Source: Candidatus Zixiibacteriota bacterium
GTDB lineage: Bacteria; Zixibacteria; MSB-5A5; UBA10806; 4484-95
NCBI GenBank assembly: GCA_021159005.1
Contig: JAGGSN010000078.1
Coordinates: 8,489-72,488, forward strand
Direction of reading: 5' to 3'
Length of the DNA: 64,000 bases
Shown here: positions 45,377 to 54,706 of the stretch, one piece after another
Layout of the letters: each line of letters starts with the position of its first letter
Numbering within the stretch: the stretch's first letter is position 1
Position numbers and translations under genes: made by a program
The notes under the pieces: model-generated
Told to the model about the DNA's origin: nothing
What the model saw: the letters and a program-made list of their open reading frames with translations, nothing else
Database searches by the model: none

Positions 45377-47551
45377 TTAATCTTTGAAAAACTCCAGTTC
45401 CGGTATTCGACCTTCCTCAACATCCATGCCAACTCCGTAATTATTGGCGCCATAGTGTTCATCATCCTTGGCAGGGGAAAACCAGATTGAATTATTAAGG
45501 CATTTTTTACTGATTACTTTCTTTTTGTTGTCTTCTATCCAATCGAAATACTTGTCCTCGCCGCCTATATCTAAAAGCAGACCGAATGATTTCGCATAGG
45601 CGTCAAAAGGCGAGAACTGGTTAGGGTGGTCATAGCTGTCCCTATAGGCGGCGGCGCCGAAACCCTGCTGGTCTTGCTGAAGCTGATAATAATCATCGCC
45701 GCCGATATCGAACAGCATGGCATTGGAACGAATCTGAGCGCAGCCCAAGGAAATTATTTTAGCGATATAGCGGTCATTGCCGCCGGTATCAAATAGCAGA
45801 GCGTTAGTATAATCCCAGCCAAAAGCTATTCCGGCACCGGCGGTTTCCCATAATTCGTGTGTATCGTTGCCGCTTTCATCAAGTATAGCTCCGATACAAT
45901 AATGTGCTCCGGAGGCTTGAGTAAAATATACGGACTTGTACAGATCATCCCCCGCGCCCTCATATACCAATCCCATCCCAAACCAGTAGCCGCAGCCGAG
46001 AGTCCAGTTGCCGGAATAGTATTCATCATTGCCCTTTATATCAATCAATGCTCCCAGTCCGCCAGCCCAGCTATGACCATCGGAACCATCCCCGCGGCGC
46101 CCCATACCGGCACCCTGCGCGGCATTGACATTTATTTTATGCTTGGAGTGATAATCGCCGCGGTCAACTACATCCGCAGAAGGTTCGGCGGTATATTTGT
46201 CATCCCCTCTGTAGTCAGCAATAACACCGATGCCGCCGACACCGCCGAATCCCTGGCCATCACCATAGATATACCAATTGTCATCCCCTTCGATATCAAG
46301 CGCAAAACCAAGCCCAAAATAGCCGCAGCCCTGTCCGCTTGTTTCGAGTTTGTAGTCGTCATTGCCGTCAATATCGAGAAGCAAACCCAGTCCAAACATA
46401 CCGCAGCCCTGAGACATTCTTTTTGATATATAATTATCCTTGCCGCCGCCATCGATTAATATCCCCGCGCCAAGGATAGCTGCGCCCTGTGAAAGCATAT
46501 CAGGGTCGTTATTTACATAGGTGTCTTTGCCGGACATATCAACAGCTATGCTTATGGGAACATCCAGCGACGGAGTAGCGCCTATTATGCCGCTATGGTG
46601 ATCATTGCCGCCCAAATCGATTAATATAGCGGCGTCCCGATAATCAGTTTCATCATCATCAGTGCCCAAAATTATTACTTTGCCATAAGGGCAATCATAC
46701 TCGAAATTGATTTTCGAGAGCTTGTCATCTGTTATACTCAGATACTTTTTGAGATCTTGGTAGCATGTCTGAGCGGCTTGAACGGCTTTCATACAGCTAT
46801 AATAAAGTGAATGCTCATCCAATCTTGAGGCGATATCATCTATTTGAGGATAATAAACCTGCCCGTCGCCGATAGTCTCAGCTAAATCCTTTATTGCAAA
46901 AAGTGATGCCATGTCTTCATAGTCGAGATTGCGAACCGCAATCTGCCGCCATTTGTAGGCATCATACAGGTTAAGCATCAACGCCGCGATTATCTTTTGA
47001 AGCTCAATAGGCAAAGGCTCAAGTTTTTCTGCCAATTCTTTGCTAATATCAGGTCCGCCATATTTATCGCCAAACGAAATGAAGTTGGCCTGTTTGCATT
47101 CCGAGTAATGTATCCGGGTAAATGCCTCCAGCATCGGCGCCATAGAGTCCGGTTTTGGGTCGAGGTTTACACTGTAGTTTCTGAATCCGGTAATTTTCCT
47201 ATCGACTCCCAGCATATAGACAATCCGGTGAAGGCTGGTGCCCGCAGTGTCGAAATACTCCGGCTCCATATAGAACGCGATAGTATTGCCCATTGTTTTG
47301 GCATAATCATAAGTGCGCATAGGTTCGGCAAACAGGTCCTCGAAAAATGGCAGTATGTGCGGGATTAGTTTTGGATTAGGAAAACGGTTCCAATAGCCCT
47401 TAGGCTGATAGCCAAGGTCGGAACGGTTAAATCCCACTTCCTCAAGAGCCTGCCCCAGACGGTCTGCACTTGATGAATCTTGTATTTCCTGAGCAATACA
47501 AGTTGATGCAATTGAAATTAACAATGCCACTATAATCATTCTTTTTGTCAT
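45377..47551 (-). CDS. Secreted beta-solenoid-like repeat protein (about 11 'D-x-G-G-x-D-x-Y' repeats); function unknown
   Basis: Signal peptide, a non-repetitive N-terminal domain of about 300 aa, then repeats of about 23 aa ('IDLGGNDHH', 'IDGGGKDNY', 'LDIDGNDDY', 'LDIEGDDNW', 'IDIKGNDEY', 'FDTGGNDRY', 'FDIGGDDYY', 'LDIGGEDKY'). Confidence 0.6.
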   Translation of the reverse strand: MTKRMIIVALLISIASTCIAQEIQDSSSADRLGQALEEVGFNRSDLGYQPKGYWNRFPNPKLIPHILPFFEDLFAEPMRTYDYAKTMGNTIAFYMEPEYFDTAGTSLHRIVYMLGVDRKITGFRNYSVNLDPKPDSMAPMLEAFTRIHYSECKQANFISFGDKYGGPDISKELAEKLEPLPIELQKIIAALMLNLYDAYKWRQIAVRNLDYEDMASLFAIKDLAETIGDGQVYYPQIDDIASRLDEHSLYYSCMKAVQAAQTCYQDLKKYLSITDDKLSKINFEYDCPYGKVIILGTDDDETDYRDAAILIDLGGNDHHSGIIGATPSLDVPISIAVDMSGKDTYVNNDPDMLSQGAAILGAGILIDGGGKDNYISKRMSQGCGMFGLGLLLDIDGNDDYKLETSGQGCGYFGLGFALDIEGDDNWYIYGDGQGFGGVGGIGVIADYRGDDKYTAEPSADVVDRGDYHSKHKINVNAAQGAGMGRRGDGSDGHSWAGGLGALIDIKGNDEYYSGNWTLGCGYWFGMGLVYEGAGDDLYKSVYFTQASGAHYCIGAILDESGNDTHELWETAGAGIAFGWDYTNALLFDTGGNDRYIAKIISLGCAQIRSNAMLFDIGGDDYYQLQQDQQGFGAAAYRDSYDHPNQFSPFDAYAKSFGLLLDIGGEDKYFDWIEDNKKKVISKKCLNNSIWFSPAKDDEHYGANNYGVGMDVEEGRIPELEFFKD

Positions 47552-47601
47552 AAATTCCTCCTTAACAGTTTTATATTTTAATTATGAATACATTACTCGT
47601 G

Positions 47602-47655
47602 GTTGGTGGACGTCCCCGTCTACCAACAAACTGGCGCACGAGAACGTACGCCAGC
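47602..47655. repeat. Two adjacent family-B palindromes (one reversed) upstream of the nitroreductase gene
   Basis: 'GTTGGTGGACGTCCCCGTCTACCAAC' and 'CTGGCGCACGAGAACGTACGCCAGCC'. Confidence 0.6.
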
Positions 47656-47715
47656 CACAATAACAGTTTTATATTTTAATTTGATTTAAAAGTCAAAAGA
47701 GAATATATTTTAATT

Positions 47716-48501
47716 ATGAATGAAATATTAAAAACTATGGCATCGCACAAATCTGTGCGAAAGTATAAACAGCAGGCTATACCGGACAACCTGCTTGATT
47801 CCATTCTTCAAGCCGCCCGTCAAGCGTCAACATCATCAAACCTGCAGGCTTATTCGATTATCATCGTAAAAGACTCCGCCAAAAAAGAAAAGCTGGCGGA
47901 ACTCTGCGGCAATCAACCCTGGGTTAAAAGCTGTCCGGTGTTTTTGGTTATATGTCCCGACTTGTTAAGACTTCAGAAAGTTTGCGACAGGCAGGGCTGC
48001 GAGTTTCAGGACAGCTATATCGAGATGTTTATCACAGCCACTGTCGATGCCGCTTTAGCCGCCCAGAATATCCTTACCGGCGCCGAGTCATGCGGACTTG
48101 GCGGCGTGATGATAGGCGGAATACGCAATAACCCGGCAGAGGTATCCGAGCTTCTTGGTTTGCCTGAAAAAGTGTATCCTTTGATGGGGATTTGTCTCGG
48201 TTATCCTGACCATAGCCCGATGATTAAGCCGCGGTTTGGCCGGGATATTATTGTTCATGCCGAGCAATATGACGACAGCAATCTGCAAACGCAGCTCGAT
48301 GAATACGATGAGGTTATTCGCCTGACTGGCCTATATGATGGACCGCGTCGAAAAGTATCATCACCGACCGGCAAAGAGATTCCCGATGATGAATACTCAT
48401 GGTGCGAACATACCGCCCGAAGGCTGGCTTCGACAGCACCGGAGGCATTGCGGTCTCATATGCGGGAGTTTTTGCTAAGCAAAAAGTTTGGGCTGGAATA
48501 G
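47716..48501 (+). CDS. Nitroreductase-family flavoprotein (NfsA-like)
   Basis: N-terminal 'HKSVRKYK' and a nitroreductase fold. 261 aa. Confidence 0.7.
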   Translation: MNEILKTMASHKSVRKYKQQAIPDNLLDSILQAARQASTSSNLQAYSIIIVKDSAKKEKLAELCGNQPWVKSCPVFLVICPDLLRLQKVCDRQGCEFQDSYIEMFITATVDAALAAQNILTGAESCGLGGVMIGGIRNNPAEVSELLGLPEKVYPLMGICLGYPDHSPMIKPRFGRDIIVHAEQYDDSNLQTQLDEYDEVIRLTGLYDGPRRKVSSPTGKEIPDDEYSWCEHTARRLASTAPEALRSHMREFLLSKKFGLE

Positions 48502-48529
48502 TAAAGTAGTAATTTATTGCTATTGTTAT

Positions 48530-48601
48530 GTTGGCGCGCGAGGATGTACGCCAGCCGCTTAATAACGCGTAGGAGCGTCCACCTCGACGGATGCCCCTAC
48601 G
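48530..48601. repeat. Family-B palindrome plus an E-like hairpin downstream of the nitroreductase gene
   Basis: 'GTTGGCGCGCGAGGATGTACGCCAGCC' then 'GCGTAGGAGCGTCCACCTCGACGGATGCCCCTACG'. Confidence 0.55.
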
Positions 48602-48656
48602 AATTACGTATTTGAAAAATTACTATTATCAATCTTTTTATTAACAGCCTGTTTTT

Positions 48657-50219
48657 CTATTTCAGTAAAACCAACCGCTTTGTTTGGGTAAATTCATCGC
48701 TTTGCAAGCTGTAAAAATATACTCCCGATGGTTTATCCGAGGCGTTCCAGACTATCGCATGTTTGCCGGTCGTAAACCTGCCCTCAGATAGAATGTCAAC
48801 TAAGCGGCCGGTGATATCATATACAGACAATTTGATATAGGAATCATTAGCAAGCGTAAATAATATTTTCGTCTGAGCATTAAACGGATTTGGATAGCAA
48901 TTAATGGAGCTGATTTTCAAAGGCAATGGCATTTTATCAATATTTGTGCTGCCGAACCGAAAGCTTGCTCTCGACTCATCGGTTGGCGATGAATAACTGC
49001 CATCATTTTTGCGGGCGAATAAGGTGTAATAGACCGTAGTGTTTAGCGGGATAAACATTTCCTTAAATTGCCGGTCTGTTCCCAAATAAAGAACTTCGCC
49101 GTCATTATAGTTTACAGGAAAGCGATCGGTTCTTTTTACAAGCACCGACAATTCAAAGTCATCATCCCAAAGAGGATTTGTCCAGCTAATTCTAACTTCG
49201 CTGCTCCCGATGGAGTCAGCGTGGGTGTTGATTACAACAAAGCCGGGGCAATCATAGCGGTTTGGCGCGCCGGGTGTCGGGAAACCATTTTCAAAAGTAG
49301 AAGATGTCGCATCATTATAACCCTTGAAATCATTGAAAAACCACATAAAACCAGTGTCGGCTTCAGCGTCTCCATCGGGAAATCTCATAAAAGCAACATC
49401 TTCGCCATGGTCGGATGACCAACCAACTTGATCAACAAGTGAATCATATCGCACTAAATAGATATTATCTCTGTGATAATCCATATCGAACAGGTCAGGA
49501 AAAGTATTTTCCTCCAGGACATAAAACCCATGTGCAGGTATTAAGGCATCGTTTGGCAAATCATATACTGCATCGCAAACAAGCCGCCAGCCCGAAAGAG
49601 ATAACTCCGAATCTGTCTTATTATATAATTCGATGAAGTTTGAAACATTGTTCTTAGTATTGTGGGTATTGATTTCATTAAGAACAATTTCATCATGCCA
49701 TCCCCAGCTTGGAAAAGCATCGCTGTAAGAGTGAAATATCTGGGTCATCGGTTCATAGGGAGAGTTAAACACATAAAGCTCGATAGGATGTCCCGCTATT
49801 GGGGCTGGAAATAAACCAGGTTGTCCAAAATAAACCGGCTCGATATAATAATTGACTTCGGGAAATATGGAAATGAAATCCCCTTCGGAATTAATAATAA
49901 ATCCGCTGGTGTTGCTTGAGTTTAAAATAAACGGTTCATCTAATGGTTCCATATTCCAATTAGATGGAACAATAACTTCTGAATTTACAGTTGCCGTATC
50001 GCTGGCTGTGATTATCAATGCGCCGGAAATATCAAATTCATCAAGCGAATAAATGCCTATTTCAGGCGGATCAACATTTATATAGCCTATATACTTATCC
50101 GGAATCGGATTAGCCAGACACAACTGGCAAGCTACAAAAACCACAACAAAGCAGACAAAAACCTTTGCTTTCAACATAACCATACCTCCTTTTAAGTTTT
50201 CAAAAATCCCACCTTGCAC
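48657..50219 (-). CDS. Secreted lamin-tail-domain (LTD) protein with T9SS C-terminal sorting domain
   Basis: LTD signature 'LNEINTHNTKNNVSNFIELYNKTDSELSLSGWRL'. C-terminal 'CYPNPFN...VYFYSLQSDEFTQTKRLVLLK'. Confidence 0.6.
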   Translation of the reverse strand: MQGGIFENLKGGMVMLKAKVFVCFVVVFVACQLCLANPIPDKYIGYINVDPPEIGIYSLDEFDISGALIITASDTATVNSEVIVPSNWNMEPLDEPFILNSSNTSGFIINSEGDFISIFPEVNYYIEPVYFGQPGLFPAPIAGHPIELYVFNSPYEPMTQIFHSYSDAFPSWGWHDEIVLNEINTHNTKNNVSNFIELYNKTDSELSLSGWRLVCDAVYDLPNDALIPAHGFYVLEENTFPDLFDMDYHRDNIYLVRYDSLVDQVGWSSDHGEDVAFMRFPDGDAEADTGFMWFFNDFKGYNDATSSTFENGFPTPGAPNRYDCPGFVVINTHADSIGSSEVRISWTNPLWDDDFELSVLVKRTDRFPVNYNDGEVLYLGTDRQFKEMFIPLNTTVYYTLFARKNDGSYSSPTDESRASFRFGSTNIDKMPLPLKISSINCYPNPFNAQTKILFTLANDSYIKLSVYDITGRLVDILSEGRFTTGKHAIVWNASDKPSGVYFYSLQSDEFTQTKRLVLLK

Positions 50220-50238
50220 TAAAGCTTAAAAGTTAACA

Positions 50239-50865
50239 CTATTTCCAGCTGATTTTCATATCCTGCCGGGGCATGAAATCCAGTCGAACGCTTTTATACA
50301 CTTTCGCGCCGTTTTCGTGGTAAACGGTATCCGGTTCCGGCCAGACCGCAATATCAGTGAAAGTCTCAGGAACGACAAAATAATATGCTGCCTGCTCCAA
50401 AGGTTTTTGCCAAGCGGCGGTCGAGGTTATTATATATACAGCCTGTTTAGCTTTGATTTTCTGCTGATAATCAAGCCTCCAGACAGAAACATCATTTGCT
50501 TTAAGCGGTATTTTCATGCTGATGCCGTTAAAGTTTGCTCTATTCTCGTAGGGCAGTTCCTTTTCAATTCCATCATCAAAATAATGTGCCTCTATTTGAT
50601 GCGGAAACAACGAAAGACTGTCAATGTAAAATGGGAAAAGCACAGGCATATCGAAATCCCTTGAGGTATTATTGCGGAAATAATAAACTCCCTTGACAGA
50701 AGCGATGCTATCAGATACGCTTAAAGTGATTTCTTCCTGAAAAAAATCGACCGGCAGTTTTGAGATTTCGGCTGACTTGGATTTTTCTTTTTCGGAATTT
50801 GAGCAGCCTTGCACAGCAAATGCAATTATCAAAATGATTAGTATAAAGTGTCTCAAAATCAGATA
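50239..50865 (-). CDS. Hypothetical lipoprotein (start probably the TTG at about 50865; the ORF-track start at 50988 is over-extended)
   Basis: '(M)RHFILIILIIAFAVQGC' is a signal peptide plus lipobox, preceded by GAGG. The extended N-terminal 40 aa is not signal-like. Confidence 0.4.
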   Translation of the reverse strand, partial: YLILRHFILIILIIAFAVQGCSNSEKEKSKSAEISKLPVDFFQEEITLSVSDSIASVKGVYYFRNNTSRDFDMPVLFPFYIDSLSLFPHQIEAHYFDDGIEKELPYENRANFNGISMKIPLKANDVSVWRLDYQQKIKAKQAVYIITSTAAWQKPLEQAAYYFVVPETFTDIAVWPEPDTVYHENGAKVYKSVRLDFMPRQDMKISWK

Positions 50866-51182
50866 ACCTCTATTACGTTTACAGTAGTAACAAAATAACT
50901 GTTTGCTTTGATATATGTCAAGCAAAATAGGGTTCTCCGCCTCAGGCGAACCGAAGGCAGCGCGCGGCGGGGACAGAATAGTATCCACTCGGTAAAATAT
51001 TTTGTGGAAGTTCCTGCAAAGAAACCAGTTGACTTTAAAATTCTTATCGCTATAATGCCCCCATGATTTACTGGTCGAAAAAGCTGTTTGATCACTAAGC
51101 TGTGATATTAATCAGCTGCAAATTAAAATCAAATTGCGAACTTATTTATATTTTTGTGTAAGAAAGGAGCTTTACTAATATC

Positions 51183-52550
51183 ATGAAAGCGAAAAAAATC
51201 ATCATTATGGGCGCGGCAGGCCGTGATTTCCATAATTTCAATTGCGTATTCCGCGATAACAAACAATACGATGTAGTAGCCTTTACCGCTACCCAGATTC
51301 CCGATATCGATGGCAGAAAATATCCGGCTAAACTGGCCGGCAAACTTTATCCCAAAGGTATTCCAATCGTGGCTGAGGAAGAACTTCCGGTTCTTATTGA
51401 TCAGCATGATGTCGATGAAGTAGTTTTTGCCTATTCCGATGTTCCCTATGAATATGTAATGTCAATGGCGGCAGTTGTGAATGCCTGCGGCGCTGATTTC
51501 AAACTGATGGGCACAAATGAAACTATGATTAAATCCAAGAAGCCGGTTATTTCTATTTGCGCGATTCGTACCGGCTGCGGCAAATCTCAAACAACCCGCC
51601 GGGTATGTCAGGTCCTTCAGGGGCTCGGCAAGAAAGTAGTCGCTATCCGTCATCCGATGCCCTATGGCGACCTTGCCAAGCAAGCCTGCCAGCGTTTCGC
51701 GAAACTGTCCGACCTTAAAAAGCATAAATGCACTATCGAGGAGATAGAGGAATACGAACCTCATATCATGAGCGGCGTTGTGGTTTATGCCGGCGTTGAT
51801 TATGAAATGATTCTCCGTGAAGCCGAGAAAGAGGCGGATGTTATAATTTGGGATGGCGGCAATAACGATATGTCGTTTTATCAGCCGGATATCCAGATTA
51901 CAATAGTAGACCCTCACCGCGCCGGACACGAACTCTCATATTATCCGGGCGAAACCAACCTTCTGCTTGCCGATATTATCGTCATCAACAAAATTGATAC
52001 GGCATCACTTGAGGACATTGAAGAGGTTAGAGAATCTATTGCGATGCTGAATCCGGAAGCAGTAGTTATCGATGCAGCCTCACCGATATTTGTTGAAAAT
52101 TCCTCGGTGATTACCGGCAAAAAAGTGCTGGTTATTGAGGATGGCCCGACCTTAACACACGGCGAAATGGCATATGGCGCCGGCACGGTTGCCGCCAATA
52201 AATTTGGCGCTGCCGAATTGATTGACCCAAGACCGTACACAGTCGGTTCCATAACAAAAACTTTTAAAAAATATCCCGATATTGGCATTCTTCTGCCGGC
52301 GATGGGCTATGGCGACAAGCAGGTTAAAGACCTCGAAAGAACAATCGCTAGAGTTAAAGCCGATTCGGTCGTAATTGGCACTCCAATAGACTTGCGCCGC
52401 ATACTGAAAATAAAGAAGCCTTCCACTCGCGTCAAATATGAACTTCAGGAAATCGGTTTGCCGAATTTTGAATCCATACTGGGTGAATTTTTTGATGATT
52501 CCAAAAGGAAAACCGCAAAAAAGAAAGCCAAAAGCAGAAAGCGTAAATAA
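51183..52550 (+). CDS. P-loop protein resembling cyclic 2,3-diphosphoglycerate synthetase (cPGS)-like family
   Basis: N-terminal 'IIIMGAAGRDFHNFN', Walker A 'GCGKSQTT' at about aa 120, 455 aa, basic C-terminal tail. RBS AAAGGAG. Confidence 0.4.
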   Translation: MKAKKIIIMGAAGRDFHNFNCVFRDNKQYDVVAFTATQIPDIDGRKYPAKLAGKLYPKGIPIVAEEELPVLIDQHDVDEVVFAYSDVPYEYVMSMAAVVNACGADFKLMGTNETMIKSKKPVISICAIRTGCGKSQTTRRVCQVLQGLGKKVVAIRHPMPYGDLAKQACQRFAKLSDLKKHKCTIEEIEEYEPHIMSGVVVYAGVDYEMILREAEKEADVIIWDGGNNDMSFYQPDIQITIVDPHRAGHELSYYPGETNLLLADIIVINKIDTASLEDIEEVRESIAMLNPEAVVIDAASPIFVENSSVITGKKVLVIEDGPTLTHGEMAYGAGTVAANKFGAAELIDPRPYTVGSITKTFKKYPDIGILLPAMGYGDKQVKDLERTIARVKADSVVIGTPIDLRRILKIKKPSTRVKYELQEIGLPNFESILGEFFDDSKRKTAKKKAKSRKRK

Positions 52551-52578
52551 TAGCTTTTAACGCAAATTGTAATTAAAC

Positions 52579-52617
52579 AGGCGAGTCTATTATGTAGGCT
52601 CGCCTTATTATTTTTTA
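52579..52617 (+). terminator. Rho-independent terminator
   Basis: 7-bp stem AGGCGAG/CUCGCCU with a 13-nt loop, followed by UAUUAUUUUUUA. Confidence 0.6.
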
Positions 52618-52729
52618 TAGTATCGCCTCGTCGTCCGCATCAGGCGGATACACCCTCTGGTTATTAAACAGCATTTATCAGCCAGAGTTATTCCGAAAGC
52701 ATGTAAAAAATATTATAACCCCTTATAAT

Positions 52730-54706
52730 TTATTTACTGGCAGTATCCTTTTCATCTTGATTATCTTTCTTGTCATCTTTTTCAGCCTTAAAAAGCAGAG
52801 TAATATTTTTCTTCGAGCTTTCAGATAGAAGAAGTTGGCGCAGTTTAGGCCAATCGCCGGATGTAAATGAGGATTGTTTCAATCTAAGCGACCGGCTTAT
52901 TATAACCTTGTCATCATGCTGAGATGTCTCAACCGAGAAACTGCCAACACCATTATTTAAAAAGTAATCAGCCGGTGTATGGATTATATCCAAACCTTTC
53001 TTATCCAACCGAAATTCAACTTTTTGGGACATCAAGCATGGAAGAACAATTTCCGATGCTCGCTCCTGATGGTATAAATGAACATCATTGGGCAAATTAG
53101 CAATAATGCCGCCCGAGGGATTGCCTATCTCAAAGGAAAGCCTTTCAAAATCATCCGGCGCCGGTTTTTTCAATTCCAATTCGAATCCCATTGCTGTCAT
53201 AAAGCGGCTGAATTTTACCGGATTGCAAGCCGTTATTTTGGCGCCCTTAATAAGTCCTGAGACTACAGAATTCAGATAGTTTTTCGATTCATTGGATAAG
53301 CCTTCCATTTTATGATAGGGGCTTAGATAATTATCAGCGTATAAAAAACCTTTGCCGGTAAATATCTCTTTCTTGCTGTTATAAACCAAATTTATACTAA
53401 TATCAATTTGACTTACTTTGTCTGTTCGGTCAAAGGCAACAGCCGGTATATCGTTATTATCAGCAATCCATACGGTGCGGCCATAAATGTTTTTAGAGCC
53501 ATTTTCAACAGTTCCGCTTTGAGGGTTATAATAAGCATCAAGATATTGTCCTGTTAACCATAAAACGACATTATTCATCCGTGATAATGAAGGTATTCCA
53601 TCATTGATATTGCCATATCCTCTGCTGATATATACCGGGTGTATGGTGATTCCCGCATTTTTGAAAAGAGCTGCAGATAGTATTGCCCTATCAAGATTAT
53701 GGCCATAGGCAGTGTTGAAAACGCGGGAAGCATCACGCGGGAAAGACTGCCAGAAATGCTCCGGATAGTTAATAATTCTGGTTTTCTGGTTTATATAATC
53801 CACTATTAAATCAGCTTTTTCTGCTTCCGTTCGAGCGTCATATAAAAGTGAATCAAGTGATTTTTTTACAGGCTTATTGATTGCTATGTTTTTTGTAAAA
53901 CAATCAGTCAAGTGTTTGCCATACTCAGGCCAGCTATCCCAGGTTGACCAGACAATATACGGAACACCCGCCGCCGGGTCATTTACCAAAGGACGAGGTT
54001 TGCTTTCAACAGTCCCCATTTTCCACCAATAGGTATCAAGACCCAACTCCTGATTAGCGATTTTCTCAGGCGCCGGCACTCCTTCCGATGTGAATACTTT
54101 AAGCTTTTGCCCTGTTGGCAATCCATAACAAAACCATGACTGCACTGCCGGTTCATTGCGGGCAAATGTCCATAAGCCGTCAGCTCCCTTGCGGAATGGT
54201 TCCTTATCCTCAATAGAATAAGCCACCTCGAGTATGCAGGGCAGTTCGATGCCGTTATGCAAAAGCATCATCTCGCGCATGTTTGAATAATCATAGGCTT
54301 TCTCAAGAGCAAAAGGAGTAGTTTCAACAAAACCGGTTTTGCCCGTTGTCCACCATTGATTATCGCGCCAGGTGCGAACCGTTTCAACATTAAATGCTGT
54401 ATGAGCATCATCATAGGGAATACGATGGTCGCCATAATGTTCCAAGGCGTAATCGGTTTGTATCCATATTATGCGATGGATGTGATTAACTAAACGGCCA
54501 TCCGGAAGCCAGTTGACTCTCTGCTCATCGAACAATAAAACCGCGTCTTCCTGTGATAAATCGAATCTGTTTTCGGCAATGGTGTAAAGCTCGGCAATAT
54601 CCTGCATCCCCGTGATAGATTTTTGCGCCCAAACATCAGAAACTGATAATGCCAGACAAATCGAAATCATAAATGCGGCAAGTATGCTATTATAAAAAGT
54701 CTTCAT
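52730..54706 (-). CDS. DUF3857-like secreted protein with a degenerate (Cys-less) transglutaminase-like domain
   Basis: Signal peptide. The transglutaminase-like core 'AYGHNLDRAILSAALFKNAGITIHPVYI' has Leu where the catalytic Cys is expected. Paralogous to the downstream-encoded partner. Start overlaps the partner's stop. Confidence 0.55.
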   Translation of the reverse strand: MKTFYNSILAAFMISICLALSVSDVWAQKSITGMQDIAELYTIAENRFDLSQEDAVLLFDEQRVNWLPDGRLVNHIHRIIWIQTDYALEHYGDHRIPYDDAHTAFNVETVRTWRDNQWWTTGKTGFVETTPFALEKAYDYSNMREMMLLHNGIELPCILEVAYSIEDKEPFRKGADGLWTFARNEPAVQSWFCYGLPTGQKLKVFTSEGVPAPEKIANQELGLDTYWWKMGTVESKPRPLVNDPAAGVPYIVWSTWDSWPEYGKHLTDCFTKNIAINKPVKKSLDSLLYDARTEAEKADLIVDYINQKTRIINYPEHFWQSFPRDASRVFNTAYGHNLDRAILSAALFKNAGITIHPVYISRGYGNINDGIPSLSRMNNVVLWLTGQYLDAYYNPQSGTVENGSKNIYGRTVWIADNNDIPAVAFDRTDKVSQIDISINLVYNSKKEIFTGKGFLYADNYLSPYHKMEGLSNESKNYLNSVVSGLIKGAKITACNPVKFSRFMTAMGFELELKKPAPDDFERLSFEIGNPSGGIIANLPNDVHLYHQERASEIVLPCLMSQKVEFRLDKKGLDIIHTPADYFLNNGVGSFSVETSQHDDKVIISRSLRLKQSSFTSGDWPKLRQLLLSESSKKNITLLFKAEKDDKKDNQDEKDTASK

